The position numbers and the translations under genes were made by a program. 64,000 nucleotides of DNA from Phaeosaccion multiseriatum (taxonomy: Eukaryota; Protista; Ochrophyta, other classes): assembly GCA_965112735.1 (NCBI GenBank), contig OZ218965.1, positions 2,357,548 to 2,421,547 of the forward strand. Direction: 5' to 3'. Below are positions 37,207 through 47,237 of the stretch, piece by piece. Position 1 is the stretch's first letter, and each line of letters starts with the position of its first letter. The notes under the pieces are model-generated. The model was not told the DNA's origin and searched no databases. It worked only from the letters and a program-made list of their open reading frames with translations.

Positions 37207-40200
37207 TCAGAAGCCGAGATGCGAGCGATAGAATTGCGTCTCGTGCGCCAGCCCGCTGCCCCACTTCTCATGTTGCCGCAGACGGATCGTGCTTTCCCGT
37301 TTAGACCTATGCCCTCTTTTGACATTCACTCCTGGATCAAGGGCAGTGTGCGGGAGGGCGTTCTCGAACGCCTCTATGGCCTTGGCGTGTCCCCGCTCCA
37401 GTAACCACTCAGCCCATTCCCAGGTCTGGAAAGTGCCGCCGTCCGACACCGCCCACCGCACGTTATACTCTCGCCGCAGTGGCAGCCCCGTGGCTTTGCG
37501 CCAGCGGAACTTCACAATCCTCGCCAGCGTGGGCACTTTCCCTTCACTCACCTCGTCCAGCTCTAAGCTACGCTGCTCCTGCATTGCGCTGGTAGCCCAC
37601 TGAGGAGAGCACCAACGGATATGATACCTGGCGAACCCTTCCGGGAGACCGAAGGGCCGCTCGCTCACCCCATCGATGAACGGCTTCGTCAAGTCTCTGT
37701 GGTACGCCCGTTGCAGCTGCTCCACACCATTGCCGCGCACCCGTTTCATAGACAGATACACTGCGCTGCGCTGCATGACCTGATAGTGCTCTTCACTCAC
37801 CCGCCCATGCTGAGCACAGTAGGCCCCCAGAGCTGGCCAAGGCAAGACTGTATAAGGACCATCCCACGAGTGCTGCAGAGCCTTGAGTTGCGCTGACGGG
37901 GGCCCTTCGAGTTCTTCCCCTTCTTGCTGGGCGGCGGCACCAGGACGATACAACATCACCTTGGTTCCGGGTCGCAGGGGCGTCGGCCAACGGCGTGAGG
38001 CGTTCTTCAGCTGCAATCTCCCGTGGTAGTCGCAGCGCCTCCCATTGACCACCGCCGCAGCCGCAGCCAGACGTGCCCGCAGTTCGTGGACCCATGCCGA
38101 GGCAGACGAAAACGACCCGTCCTCCACTAGCGCCGGAAGCATCGCCTGTAGAGGCACCGGGGGGTGCCGACCGAACAAGGCGTAGAATGGCGCCATCCCC
38201 GTGCTCTCCTGCGAGCGGCAGTTGTACGCATAGGTGAGCCCGGCGACGTAATCTGGCCACTGCTGCATCTGTGACTCCACGGTCGTCGCCAACATGTCCT
38301 TGATCGTGGCCATGAAGCGCTCCACCTGCCCATTGGCCTGTTGGTGCATCGGCGTCGTGAACACTTGCGACGCCGATAGAACTCGCATCACATCGCCCAT
38401 GAGCGCACTGGTGAACTGCGAGCCTTGATCACTCACCAGCACTCGGGGCACACCCAGGGTGGTGACGACATGCCGCACGAAGGCCCGAGCAATACCTTCC
38501 GCCGTATAGTCCTGTGCCCTCAAAGGCACCACCACTGTCCACTTCGTGAACCAATCCTGAAACACCAAGAGGTACTCCTCACCGCCCATGCCCATAGGAA
38601 AGGGGCCAGCCACATCAGCGCCCATGACCGCCCAAGGTCCATCCACCTTGGAAATGGACGACAGCGGCACAGGCTTTGGCTGCCGGCGAGGAGTCTTGCG
38701 TGTCTGGCACGCCAGACAGGAGCGGGCCCAATACAGCGCATGTGCATTCATCTTCTCCCACCATACGCGCTCTTGCAGCGCGTCTAGCATACGTCCCGGG
38801 CCTTGGTGCCCACCTGCGATGGCATCGGTGTGGGCGGCATGCAGCAAGGCTGGCCGCATCTCCTTGGGCACACATACTTGTAGCCGAGTGTGCCGCACCC
38901 GCCACCGAAAGCCCCCAGGAGCCCACTTACGCATCAAGAGCCCGTCCTCATCCACAAAGAACTCACCCCCACCTGCATCCACCACGCCGCCGGTGGGCCC
39001 AGCCTGAACACGGCGACGGAGTGCTTCCAGCTCCGCATCAGCCCGCTGCGCACGCACCCACCACGCGGCCTCGACATGCAGACTGCCACCCAAAGCTCCA
39101 GCCGCTCGTCTGTGCGCCGCGGCAGCAGGCACCGTGCCTGGTAGAGACCACCCAAACTGTCGCTCTGCCTCTCGTCGATGCCCATCAAGCTCGCGCTGCA
39201 AGGTGGACTCCTGCTCCACCGGCTCCTTGGAAACTGAATCCACTGCCTCCTCAGCTTCATTATCCACTGCATCCGCAGCTTCATCACCTGCATCCCCCGC
39301 TTCTTCCGTGACCAGTAGATCTGCCGTACCAGGCTCCGACGGCGACTCCGCAGCAGGCGGCTCCCCAGGGTGGGTGATGCGGCCCTCCTCCGTAACAAGC
39401 TCCTCACCCTCGGTGGCACCAGCAACAGCAGCTGGACACACCTCCGAGGGCAGACGAGACGCATCCTCCTCAAGCTCGGCCTCCCATGCAGCCCACGCAT
39501 GAGCGGCCGCGGCACCCGTTTGCTGAGCCTCCGCTGGTGTGCACATCGAGAAGTAGTCACGCGACACCTGACGGACTTGCTTCCATGGCAACTCGATCAT
39601 GGTATCTAGATGACTGGCCAACGCGCCCACCACCTTCCGCTGGCGCTTATATGTCCGCGTGAACCGCTCCACCATCTGCATCATTGTCTCCCACGAGCAC
39701 TGCAGTTTGAATTGCAGTTTGGCCAGGTCGAATACCTCCAACGTCTTGGAGTGGACACCAAAGATGTAGAGCGGTGACACGTGGTCGCGATCGCCCCAAT
39801 AACCAACCGCGGCCTGCATGAACCTGCCGACTTGCATCTCCTCCTGCTCCGCAGGGGTGTGAGCAGGGCTCATCGCGCTAAGCTCCACCCCCGGGCCACC
39901 ATGGACGAACGGCACACACTCCGCCATGCGAGGCCAGAGGCGGAGGAGCGCCGCAGCGTCAGCAAACGCGTACTCCCGTTGAGCGGCGGACAGCGGCCGC
40001 TTCGTCCAATCGGTGGCCCGCTCCTCCTTGCTAAGGTGTTGCTCCAAAAACATGCTGACAAGGTCCTGGAGTCCGATGAACTGAGTATGTTCGGGGCACA
40101 CGCGCTTAAAGAGGTCACTGGTGTCCACCAAGTTGACGATGTGCTGGACATGCTCCGCGAGCTCCGGCCATCGGCCCAGGGCACGTTGGTCGTGACTCCA

Positions 40201-43200
40201 GTGGTGAGCCAGCTTCACAATCGAGGGTTCGGCCCACAGGTCCCGCAACACTTGCGCCAGTACCATCATACCCCCCGCCTTCTGAAGCGCGTCTAGATCA
40301 ATCAAGAGCCCATAGTCACGCGCCACATCCGGCAGCGGCCCAACCTGCACGGCCAATTGCAGCAGCGACGCGCGCCGTCGGTGACGCGCCCACTCCGAAT
40401 CCATAGCGACCACTTTGGCTGAGCGCAACTGAGTCGATAGAGCCTGCACGTGCCTCGGCGTAGACACGTACGTGCACCTCGCTGCGGAAATGTGACTCAC
40501 AAATGGCGGCATCTGACCCGGCTGCCAGGCCTCTATCACAGCCTTCTTCACACCCAGCTGAGGTGCTCGCGTAGGCTGCCATCCACATTGCTGAAGACGC
40601 TGTGTCCAAGCACGCCGAGCAGTACCCCTGCGTGACTGCGTCGCCGCCAAGTCCACCTCTGCAGTCTGCCAGGCTTGTAGGGCCTCCGCTCCGCTCTGCT
40701 GCTGGTGGTGGCACCGTTGCTGCTGTTGCTGGGCCGTCACGGCAGGCACAGGAATAGGAAGGCGTGTGTCGGCTTCGCCCTGCAGCTGTTGCGCCACTGC
40801 GAGAAAGCGAAGCAGTGCGCCCTCCGTGGGCTCCTCCCAATGAAGGCTGCACTCGTCCCCTACCATCTCCACCAGGTTCAACTGCACCCCCATCGAAGCA
40901 CACCAGGTGTGCAAGGGCGACGGCCACTCGCACGCAACCATGGCCAAGTCTACCCCCGCATGCGTCTCCCACTCCTGCACCGGAAGCGCGTTGCGAGAGA
41001 GGCAGTCAGGCACCACCATTTGCTTCCCGGGACGATGCACAAACTGCAAGTGGTGCGTAGAGAGCCGCTCGTACCATCTGAACAGCTTGGAATTGGTATC
41101 CTTGTGCCCAGCCAACCACAACAAGGGCTGATGGTCCGTCACCACTGTGGTGGGGTAGTGGCAGATGTACATGGCCAGTTTGCGCACACACCACACCACT
41201 GCCAGCAGCTCCAGCTCCGTGCTGCTCAGTCGCGCCTCCGTCTCCGTGGTAGCCCGACTGATGAACGTCACCACACGCTCCTCCCCGGTCGCATCTTTCT
41301 GAGAGAGCACTCCTGCTAACCCTTCCGTCGAGGCATCGGTACTCAGGGTGAAAGTCGTCGCTGGCCCGTACTCCGGAAAAGCCAGTGCAGGGGAAGACAA
41401 CAAGTCGGCAACGAGTCCATCCCAAGCTGCATCGTGCGAGGCATTCCAGGCGGTGCTCACGTCGACGCCCTTACGCAGCAGCCCATTGAGGGGCCGCACT
41501 TTGCGCGCAAACTCCGGAATGAAACGGCGAAAGTAGCTGAGCATGCCAATGAAACGCCGCACCTGCTTAACTCGATTGACGCCGCCATCCTTCGCAAGCA
41601 ACCTCAACGGCTTGACCAGCTCTTGCACCGCCGCATGCTTGGCCGGGTCTGTGCGCACCCCATTCTGATCCAGCAAATGCCCGCAGAACCGCACCTCCGG
41701 TGCACCCAATACAGCCTTACTCGGCTCCAACTTGAGCTTGTGCTCCACCAACCGCGCAAGCACAGCATCCAAATGCTCCAGATGCTGCTCAACCGTAGCC
41801 GAAAACACAGCAATATCGTCCACAAAGCATGCCACATGCTCCTGAAGCCCCTTGAGCACCTTGTTCATAAGCCGCACAAAGACTGCAGGCGCATTCTTCG
41901 CGCCCTGCGGCATCACTCGCCAAGCGTAAGTTCCACTGTGGCACACAAAGGTGGATATGTCCTCTTCCGCTGCTGATGCCATCGGCACATTGAAGTAGCC
42001 CGACATGATGTCCATCACCGAGAACACCTTGGAGCCATGCATCTCTGCCAGCAGATCATCAATCACCGGCATCGCAGGGGCCTCCGTGCGACACGCATCA
42101 TTCAGCTGAGACAAGTCACACGTCATACGTACCACAGGCGTCCCATCCTCATGACACTTGGTTTTGCCAGCTGCGTCCGTCTTCAAGACCGCCATCAGCG
42201 GAGTAGCCCAGCTGGAAGTGCTGGGGCGAATGATGGCAGCCGCGAGAAGCTTGTCAATCTCAATCTCAATCCCCCGCCGCAAATGTGGAGGATACCGTCG
42301 AGCGGAGCTCCGAATGGGCTGCTGATTCGCATCCTTCAGTCCCCACTCAAAGAAGAGAGTATCCGTCCGACCGTAGTCACCAGGCCTCTGACAGAATGCT
42401 TGCGACCGAGCGCGAAGGATCGCCACCAGTCCCCAGCGTTGCACCTCCGTCCAGGCACCGTCGCCAATCGTGATAGCGTGCAGGGGCGACGGTAGCTCCC
42501 TGAGCCAGAACTGAGCCCGCTCCGTAGTGAGCTTGGCACGGCGCCGCTGCTCCACCACAAGCTCTCCTGCATCCCACGACTCCACTCCACCACCAAGACA
42601 GCGACTCTCCTGCAGCACCGTTCGCAATTGGATAAGGAGCAGCAGCGCATTGGTCATATCCTGCTCCACCTTCTCCTGCTGCTGTAATGGGCGACTAGAC
42701 CACAACGACAAGAGCTGTTGGGCCCATGCGGCCACAGCAACGTCCCCAACGCCGCTCAGACCCGTGCCAGCGGCTTGGTGTACATGGGGGCGCAGGAGCA
42801 GTAGCGCGGTCACAGCCCCTTCCTCTGCCGCAACCAAGCACTCGCGCAGACGTCCATACACTCGCTCTGACAGGTGAGGGTACCACTCCTTGATCAACTG
42901 CACTCCTGCCATCAGAGTCCCACCGGACGTGTCACTCTGGCTACCGAGTCGCAAGGCACCATCCGCATCCAGTACCCACCCATCACCGCGTAGGTCAGTC
43001 AATGATGTGCCCACCGCCGCCGACGATGAACCTGCCTCGGACCGTAGTGGCGGTTCCTCCGACGCCACTGACGATGCCGCCCCTGGCGCAGGCCTGCTGG
43101 TGGAATCATCAGCCCCCGCCACGTGGTGGACCTGCAGCTGGCCTGTACGAGGCGGTCGGGGCTCCTGCAACTGTGTCTGACGGCGTCGCGCTACCGCCGC

Positions 43201-45153
43201 CGGAGCCACCTGCTGCTGTACCGCATTGGACCGCTGAACCTGCTGAGCTGCCGACGAATCCGCTCGCTTAAAGAGCTCTTCCCGCTGGGCCTTGTGCCGT
43301 CGCTGCAATGCCCACTGGCGTTGCTGCCGTGCCTGCTGCTGTGCCGCTTGTAACCGCTTGGCCTGCTGCGTTGCCAACCATGCTGCTGTCTCCTCCTTCG
43401 AGTCCACTCGTGGTGTGTCAGCTCGTCTGGCCGGCACTCGCACTATCCCCCCCCAGGAGGGCGCCAAGGGCACGCGACGCTCCCGCGGCACCTGTCGTTG
43501 CCCCAAGTCGCTCCCCCAAGCGAGACGAAGCCCTCGGTGATGCCAGGCGCAGGAGCCGTCAGCGCACAGCTCCCGTCGCAGCGGCAAAACTTGTCGTCGC
43601 ACTTGCTCATGGCGCTCCAACACTGCTTGCCGATGAACCTGGTCCCACAGCACAGGAGACTCCACAAGCATTGATGCCACTCTCCGACGTTGCCGCTGCA
43701 ACCGCCCAGCACCCACTCGACTCTGACGACACTGACTCCCCTTCTTGCCGCTGCGCTGCAAATGCTGAAACCGGGCCTTCACTGCCGGCTGAGGCACCAG
43801 AGTCGATGGCACCCCCACCTCAGTCCGTGGGTGCGTCAGGGCCTGCACCTGCACAGCTTGCAGCGGAAGCGCCGTAGCCCCCAGCTCAGCCTCCTCTGGT
43901 ACCACCGAGCAGCGAACTACAGGCCCCTGCGGTGGGCACCAGACCGGCTCAGCTCCTGCTTCAGCTTCAGCCGGCTGCTGCGACGCCTCCTCCTCCACCA
44001 CAGACTCAACCGCCTCCCGCGCCTTGGACCATGGCAGCCTGCGCTTCACCACACGCCTCACCATCCCGCCAAGAGCACCAAGCCAGGAGGAAGGGGCCGC
44101 TGCAGTCTCCGGCATGGTATCTGAAGAAGCCGGCTCAGCGAGCATGAGCGCGGCCACCTCAGCGCTCGCCTCCGAGTCGAGCAAGCAAGAAGCGGTGCCG
44201 ATGACCTGCCCAGGAACGACCACAATGACCTGATTGTGGTGATTCTGCACTGTGATTCGGTAACTCTGCCCCCCAGCATACACACCATCTTTGTGCGCCA
44301 CTAGAACCTGCTCGTGCTCCAGCCACCATAGAACGTCCGCCTCTGCCGCCAAGTGTCCGTGAGCGCCCAGCTCCACCACCGCCTGGACACCCTCAACGAT
44401 ACCCGTAAGCTCGAGGAGAAGGGACCCCGTCTGTCCAGGTCCCAAGCTCAAAGCCTCCACCGCACGTACCCCCCCAACAGCAGCGTTGCCGTCCACCACT
44501 GCCAGCACTTGCACAGCCAAGGCATCGGACGGACGAGCATCCGACGTGGCCTCCTCCGAAGGAGTCGGAAGTACGTAGAGCTGCTTCGCACGATGATCGA
44601 CGACTGCCCCTACTTGGGTGAAGAAATCCTGCCCCAAGAAGATGGGCCGCGCCAAGTGGTCCACCACATGAAAGGGTAGCACCGGCTGGCACGTCGGCGT
44701 GAGTCCCACCTGAAGCCAAACAAGCCCTCTGGACATGGTCTTGGCACGATTGTCAGCGTAAGACACCTGCACCCCCTTCTGCGTGGCGAGCTCTGACCGC
44801 TCCACCGTGCCATCCGCCACCAGTTGATTGAAGCAGGCTGTCGAGATGCAGCCCGCTCCTGTGCACCCACTGTCCATCAAGGCTGTAAAGGCGCTCTTCT
44901 CCACGGCGTCGGCGGCACTGGCATCCCGTGGAGCGGTAGCAGCCAAGCAATGCCGAGCGTCACTGACCTTCACTGGCGAGCGCACCGTAACCTCGATCGT
45001 GTGGCCCCGCCCTGCTGGGACTGCCGTACGACCCGTGGCAGCCACCGCTTCGGCAATCTCAGCTCTCCGCACTGCTGTCTGCAAGGCGGCCACCCCCCCG
45101 GAGCGTCCTCCATCCGCACACGGTAGAGAGCCAAGGCAGCGCGTTGCACACAC
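37207..45153 (-). CDS. pol: Element A Pol: aspartic protease, long spacer, RT, RNase H, DEDDy 3'-5' exonuclease, unknown domain, integrase, chromodomain
   Basis: ALMDSG (PR); DIMSGY, MPQG, FVDD (RT); TDAS, ELELLA, TDHQ, DCLSR (RH); AMDSEW, HHWSHD, DWTKRPL..QREYAFAD (exo); H..H..CLAC, DVAG, SDQG, QVER, WDGPY (IN); EYNVRW..TWEW (chromo). Confidence 0.96.
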   Translation of the reverse strand: MCATRCLGSLPCADGGRSGGVAALQTAVRRAEIAEAVAATGRTAVPAGRGHTIEVTVRSPVKVSDARHCLAATAPRDASAADAVEKSAFTALMDSGCTGAGCISTACFNQLVADGTVERSELATQKGVQVSYADNRAKTMSRGLVWLQVGLTPTCQPVLPFHVVDHLARPIFLGQDFFTQVGAVVDHRAKQLYVLPTPSEEATSDARPSDALAVQVLAVVDGNAAVGGVRAVEALSLGPGQTGSLLLELTGIVEGVQAVVELGAHGHLAAEADVLWWLEHEQVLVAHKDGVYAGGQSYRITVQNHHNQVIVVVPGQVIGTASCLLDSEASAEVAALMLAEPASSDTMPETAAAPSSWLGALGGMVRRVVKRRLPWSKAREAVESVVEEEASQQPAEAEAGAEPVWCPPQGPVVRCSVVPEEAELGATALPLQAVQVQALTHPRTEVGVPSTLVPQPAVKARFQHLQRSGKKGSQCRQSRVGAGRLQRQRRRVASMLVESPVLWDQVHRQAVLERHEQVRRQVLPLRRELCADGSCAWHHRGLRLAWGSDLGQRQVPRERRVPLAPSWGGIVRVPARRADTPRVDSKEETAAWLATQQAKRLQAAQQQARQQRQWALQRRHKAQREELFKRADSSAAQQVQRSNAVQQQVAPAAVARRRQTQLQEPRPPRTGQLQVHHVAGADDSTSRPAPGAASSVASEEPPLRSEAGSSSAAVGTSLTDLRGDGWVLDADGALRLGSQSDTSGGTLMAGVQLIKEWYPHLSERVYGRLRECLVAAEEGAVTALLLLRPHVHQAAGTGLSGVGDVAVAAWAQQLLSLWSSRPLQQQEKVEQDMTNALLLLIQLRTVLQESRCLGGGVESWDAGELVVEQRRRAKLTTERAQFWLRELPSPLHAITIGDGAWTEVQRWGLVAILRARSQAFCQRPGDYGRTDTLFFEWGLKDANQQPIRSSARRYPPHLRRGIEIEIDKLLAAAIIRPSTSSWATPLMAVLKTDAAGKTKCHEDGTPVVRMTCDLSQLNDACRTEAPAMPVIDDLLAEMHGSKVFSVMDIMSGYFNVPMASAAEEDISTFVCHSGTYAWRVMPQGAKNAPAVFVRLMNKVLKGLQEHVACFVDDIAVFSATVEQHLEHLDAVLARLVEHKLKLEPSKAVLGAPEVRFCGHLLDQNGVRTDPAKHAAVQELVKPLRLLAKDGGVNRVKQVRRFIGMLSYFRRFIPEFARKVRPLNGLLRKGVDVSTAWNASHDAAWDGLVADLLSSPALAFPEYGPATTFTLSTDASTEGLAGVLSQKDATGEERVVTFISRATTETEARLSSTELELLAVVWCVRKLAMYICHYPTTVVTDHQPLLWLAGHKDTNSKLFRWYERLSTHHLQFVHRPGKQMVVPDCLSRNALPVQEWETHAGVDLAMVACEWPSPLHTWCASMGVQLNLVEMVGDECSLHWEEPTEGALLRFLAVAQQLQGEADTRLPIPVPAVTAQQQQQRCHHQQQSGAEALQAWQTAEVDLAATQSRRGTARRAWTQRLQQCGWQPTRAPQLGVKKAVIEAWQPGQMPPFVSHISAARCTYVSTPRHVQALSTQLRSAKVVAMDSEWARHRRRASLLQLAVQVGPLPDVARDYGLLIDLDALQKAGGMMVLAQVLRDLWAEPSIVKLAHHWSHDQRALGRWPELAEHVQHIVNLVDTSDLFKRVCPEHTQFIGLQDLVSMFLEQHLSKEERATDWTKRPLSAAQREYAFADAAALLRLWPRMAECVPFVHGGPGVELSAMSPAHTPAEQEEMQVGRFMQAAVGYWGDRDHVSPLYIFGVHSKTLEVFDLAKLQFKLQCSWETMMQMVERFTRTYKRQRKVVGALASHLDTMIELPWKQVRQVSRDYFSMCTPAEAQQTGAAAAHAWAAWEAELEEDASRLPSEVCPAAVAGATEGEELVTEEGRITHPGEPPAAESPSEPGTADLLVTEEAGDAGDEAADAVDNEAEEAVDSVSKEPVEQESTLQRELDGHRREAERQFGWSLPGTVPAAAAHRRAAGALGGSLHVEAAWWVRAQRADAELEALRRRVQAGPTGGVVDAGGGEFFVDEDGLLMRKWAPGGFRWRVRHTRLQVCVPKEMRPALLHAAHTDAIAGGHQGPGRMLDALQERVWWEKMNAHALYWARSCLACQTRKTPRRQPKPVPLSSISKVDGPWAVMGADVAGPFPMGMGGEEYLLVFQDWFTKWTVVVPLRAQDYTAEGIARAFVRHVVTTLGVPRVLVSDQGSQFTSALMGDVMRVLSASQVFTTPMHQQANGQVERFMATIKDMLATTVESQMQQWPDYVAGLTYAYNCRSQESTGMAPFYALFGRHPPVPLQAMLPALVEDGSFSSASAWVHELRARLAAAAAVVNGRRCDYHGRLQLKNASRRWPTPLRPGTKVMLYRPGAAAQQEGEELEGPPSAQLKALQHSWDGPYTVLPWPALGAYCAQHGRVSEEHYQVMQRSAVYLSMKRVRGNGVEQLQRAYHRDLTKPFIDGVSERPFGLPEGFARYHIRWCSPQWATSAMQEQRSLELDEVSEGKVPTLARIVKFRWRKATGLPLRREYNVRWAVSDGGTFQTWEWAEWLLERGHAKAIEAFENALPHTALDPGVNVKRGHRSKRESTIRLRQHEKWGSGLAHETQFYRSHLGF

Positions 45154-46227
45154 CCCTCACACATATCACACTCACTGTCAACAGCCGACGCACAGGCACA
45201 AGCTCCCGGACTGGGGGGCTCCTTGAGCAGAGCGACTCCCGCGCCAGGCTCCAAGGCTACTGCATGACAAGCACGCACAAACGGATCAAGGGCAAGCGTG
45301 TGCAGCCCCGCCTCCTCCGTCAACACCGCCGTGAAAGCAGCCTCCTGCTGATGCTGCTGTGCTGCTGCTGTCGCACGAGCACGCTGCCTCCGCTGCTTCC
45401 TCCGTACCCGCCGTCGAAGAGCTACTGCGCGCCTCGCTGCATCCTGCTGCTCCTGTGCCGCCTGCTCGTCACCCTTGCGCAGCGCTGCCTTCGCCTGCTG
45501 GGCACGCCGTCTCAACCACTTTGCTGCCACCCTCTGCTCAGTCCTGCTCCGCCCCTCCGCCGGAGGCACCGCTGGAGACGTCAGCGGCAGGGTCCGAAGG
45601 CTCTGCTCCTGCTGCTGAAGCTGAACCTCCTCCTGCTGCTGAAGCTGAACCTGCCACGCCCACTGTTCATGTTCCCCCGTGGGAGTGAATGGCGGAAGAG
45701 ATGCTGCCCCGAGCGGTAAGGCCCGCACGAGGCCCATGGCCTTGGCCTGGCGAGGCGTCACCAGGGAGCACAGCTGCTGAGGCTGAAGCTCATCGCTTGA
45801 CGGTGGGCTGGCTTTTGCAACCTGGACGGCAGCCTCGACAGCATGACCCTGCTGCTGCTCCAATTGCTCCTGCTGCCCCCCCGCCACCTGCGGCTGCTGC
45901 TGCAGCAGCTGCTGCTGCTGTCCCAGCCGCTGTTGCCGCTCCTTCGCCGCACGCAGTGCGCGCTGTTCCGGGAAGGCACACGCACGCACCCGCTCCAAAC
46001 CCCTTGCATCCATCCAGACAGACTCGTGTTGCGCAACGGTTGCCGCCTCGCACTCAACCTCCCCCACTGCCGACGGTGGCACCTGCTGCTCCGGACACTC
46101 ACCCGCAACGACTGCATCCTCCTGGCGCAGAGGCAGCGGCAGCGCGACGTCAGGTCCGCTCGACGGCTCGACGGCAGAGCCGGGCTGCGGTGCTTCGACT
46201 AAGCACACGGAGCGTACCACTGGACAC

Positions 46228-46260
<33 letters not shown>

Positions 46261-46901
46261 GGCGGCGGCAGCTGCTCGACTGCGGAAGCCGCTGGCGCAG
46301 CCTCCTGGTGCGCGCCCTCCACGACTACCTCTACTGCACGCTGCGCCTGCTGCTGTACCGCCGTCATCGTCGTGTGCTCACCAGCAACGACTGCATCCGG
46401 GCCGTCAGTGCCCCGCGACTGCTCGACCACAGAGCGTACCACAGGACCCGGCTGCTGGCGCTGCGGCTGCGGCAGCTGCCGCTCCGACGCTGGCAGCTGC
46501 TCGACCGCGGACGGCGCAGGCACAGCCTCTCTGTGCGCACCCTCCACGACTGCCTCTACGACACGGCGCTGCTGCTGCTGCTGCTGCTGCTGCAGCTGCT
46601 GCTGCTGTTGCTGTTGCCGTTGTAGCCGAGCACGTTTGAGTCTGTCGCCACACCACATGTCACTCCGATAAACTCTGATGGCAGGTGACTCCTGCTCTAC
46701 ACGACTAGCCTGACCGCTCCTACGCTGAGCGTCGGCATGGGGCAAAGGTGGGTCTGACAAACAAGATAGGTGCGAAGTACATTCATTATCTTCTACACTG
46801 CTCTTGCCCGCCCTCCCCCCCTGTTCCCCCACGCCGACGCTATCCTCACGCGCGGCGGTCGTGGTCCCCAGGGCTGCTGGCCAAGCAGCCCCGGGGCACC
46901 G
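44970..46901 (-). CDS. Element A Q/E/A-rich ORF in frame with gag beyond its UGA; links gag to pol
   Basis: Open from the codon after TGA 46904-46902 into the 620-aa ORF; overlaps the pol frame around the G7 run at 45093-45099. Confidence 0.7.
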
Positions 46902-47202
46902 TCAGCCTTCGAACTTGAACCCGTCCTGCGCCGCCAGAGTGCCCGCCACCATTGCTGCTACGGCTTCAGACATGTCGGACTCCTGGTGCTGCGCTCTGAC
47001 CGCCTGCCGCCGCTGCACGCGACTCACAATGCCGAGCAGCTCCTCACGCGTAGCGGGGATGGCGTTGCATTCTATCCATCCATGGCCGGCGCGGCGACAA
47101 GTCATGCAGTTAAATGGGGCATTGCCGTTGCCACGCTGCTTCACCGAGCCGTGGAACAGCAAGGGCCGCTGCTGGGTGGGCGTGAGCCGCGGCTGCTGCG
47201 CC

Positions 47203-47237
<35 letters not shown>

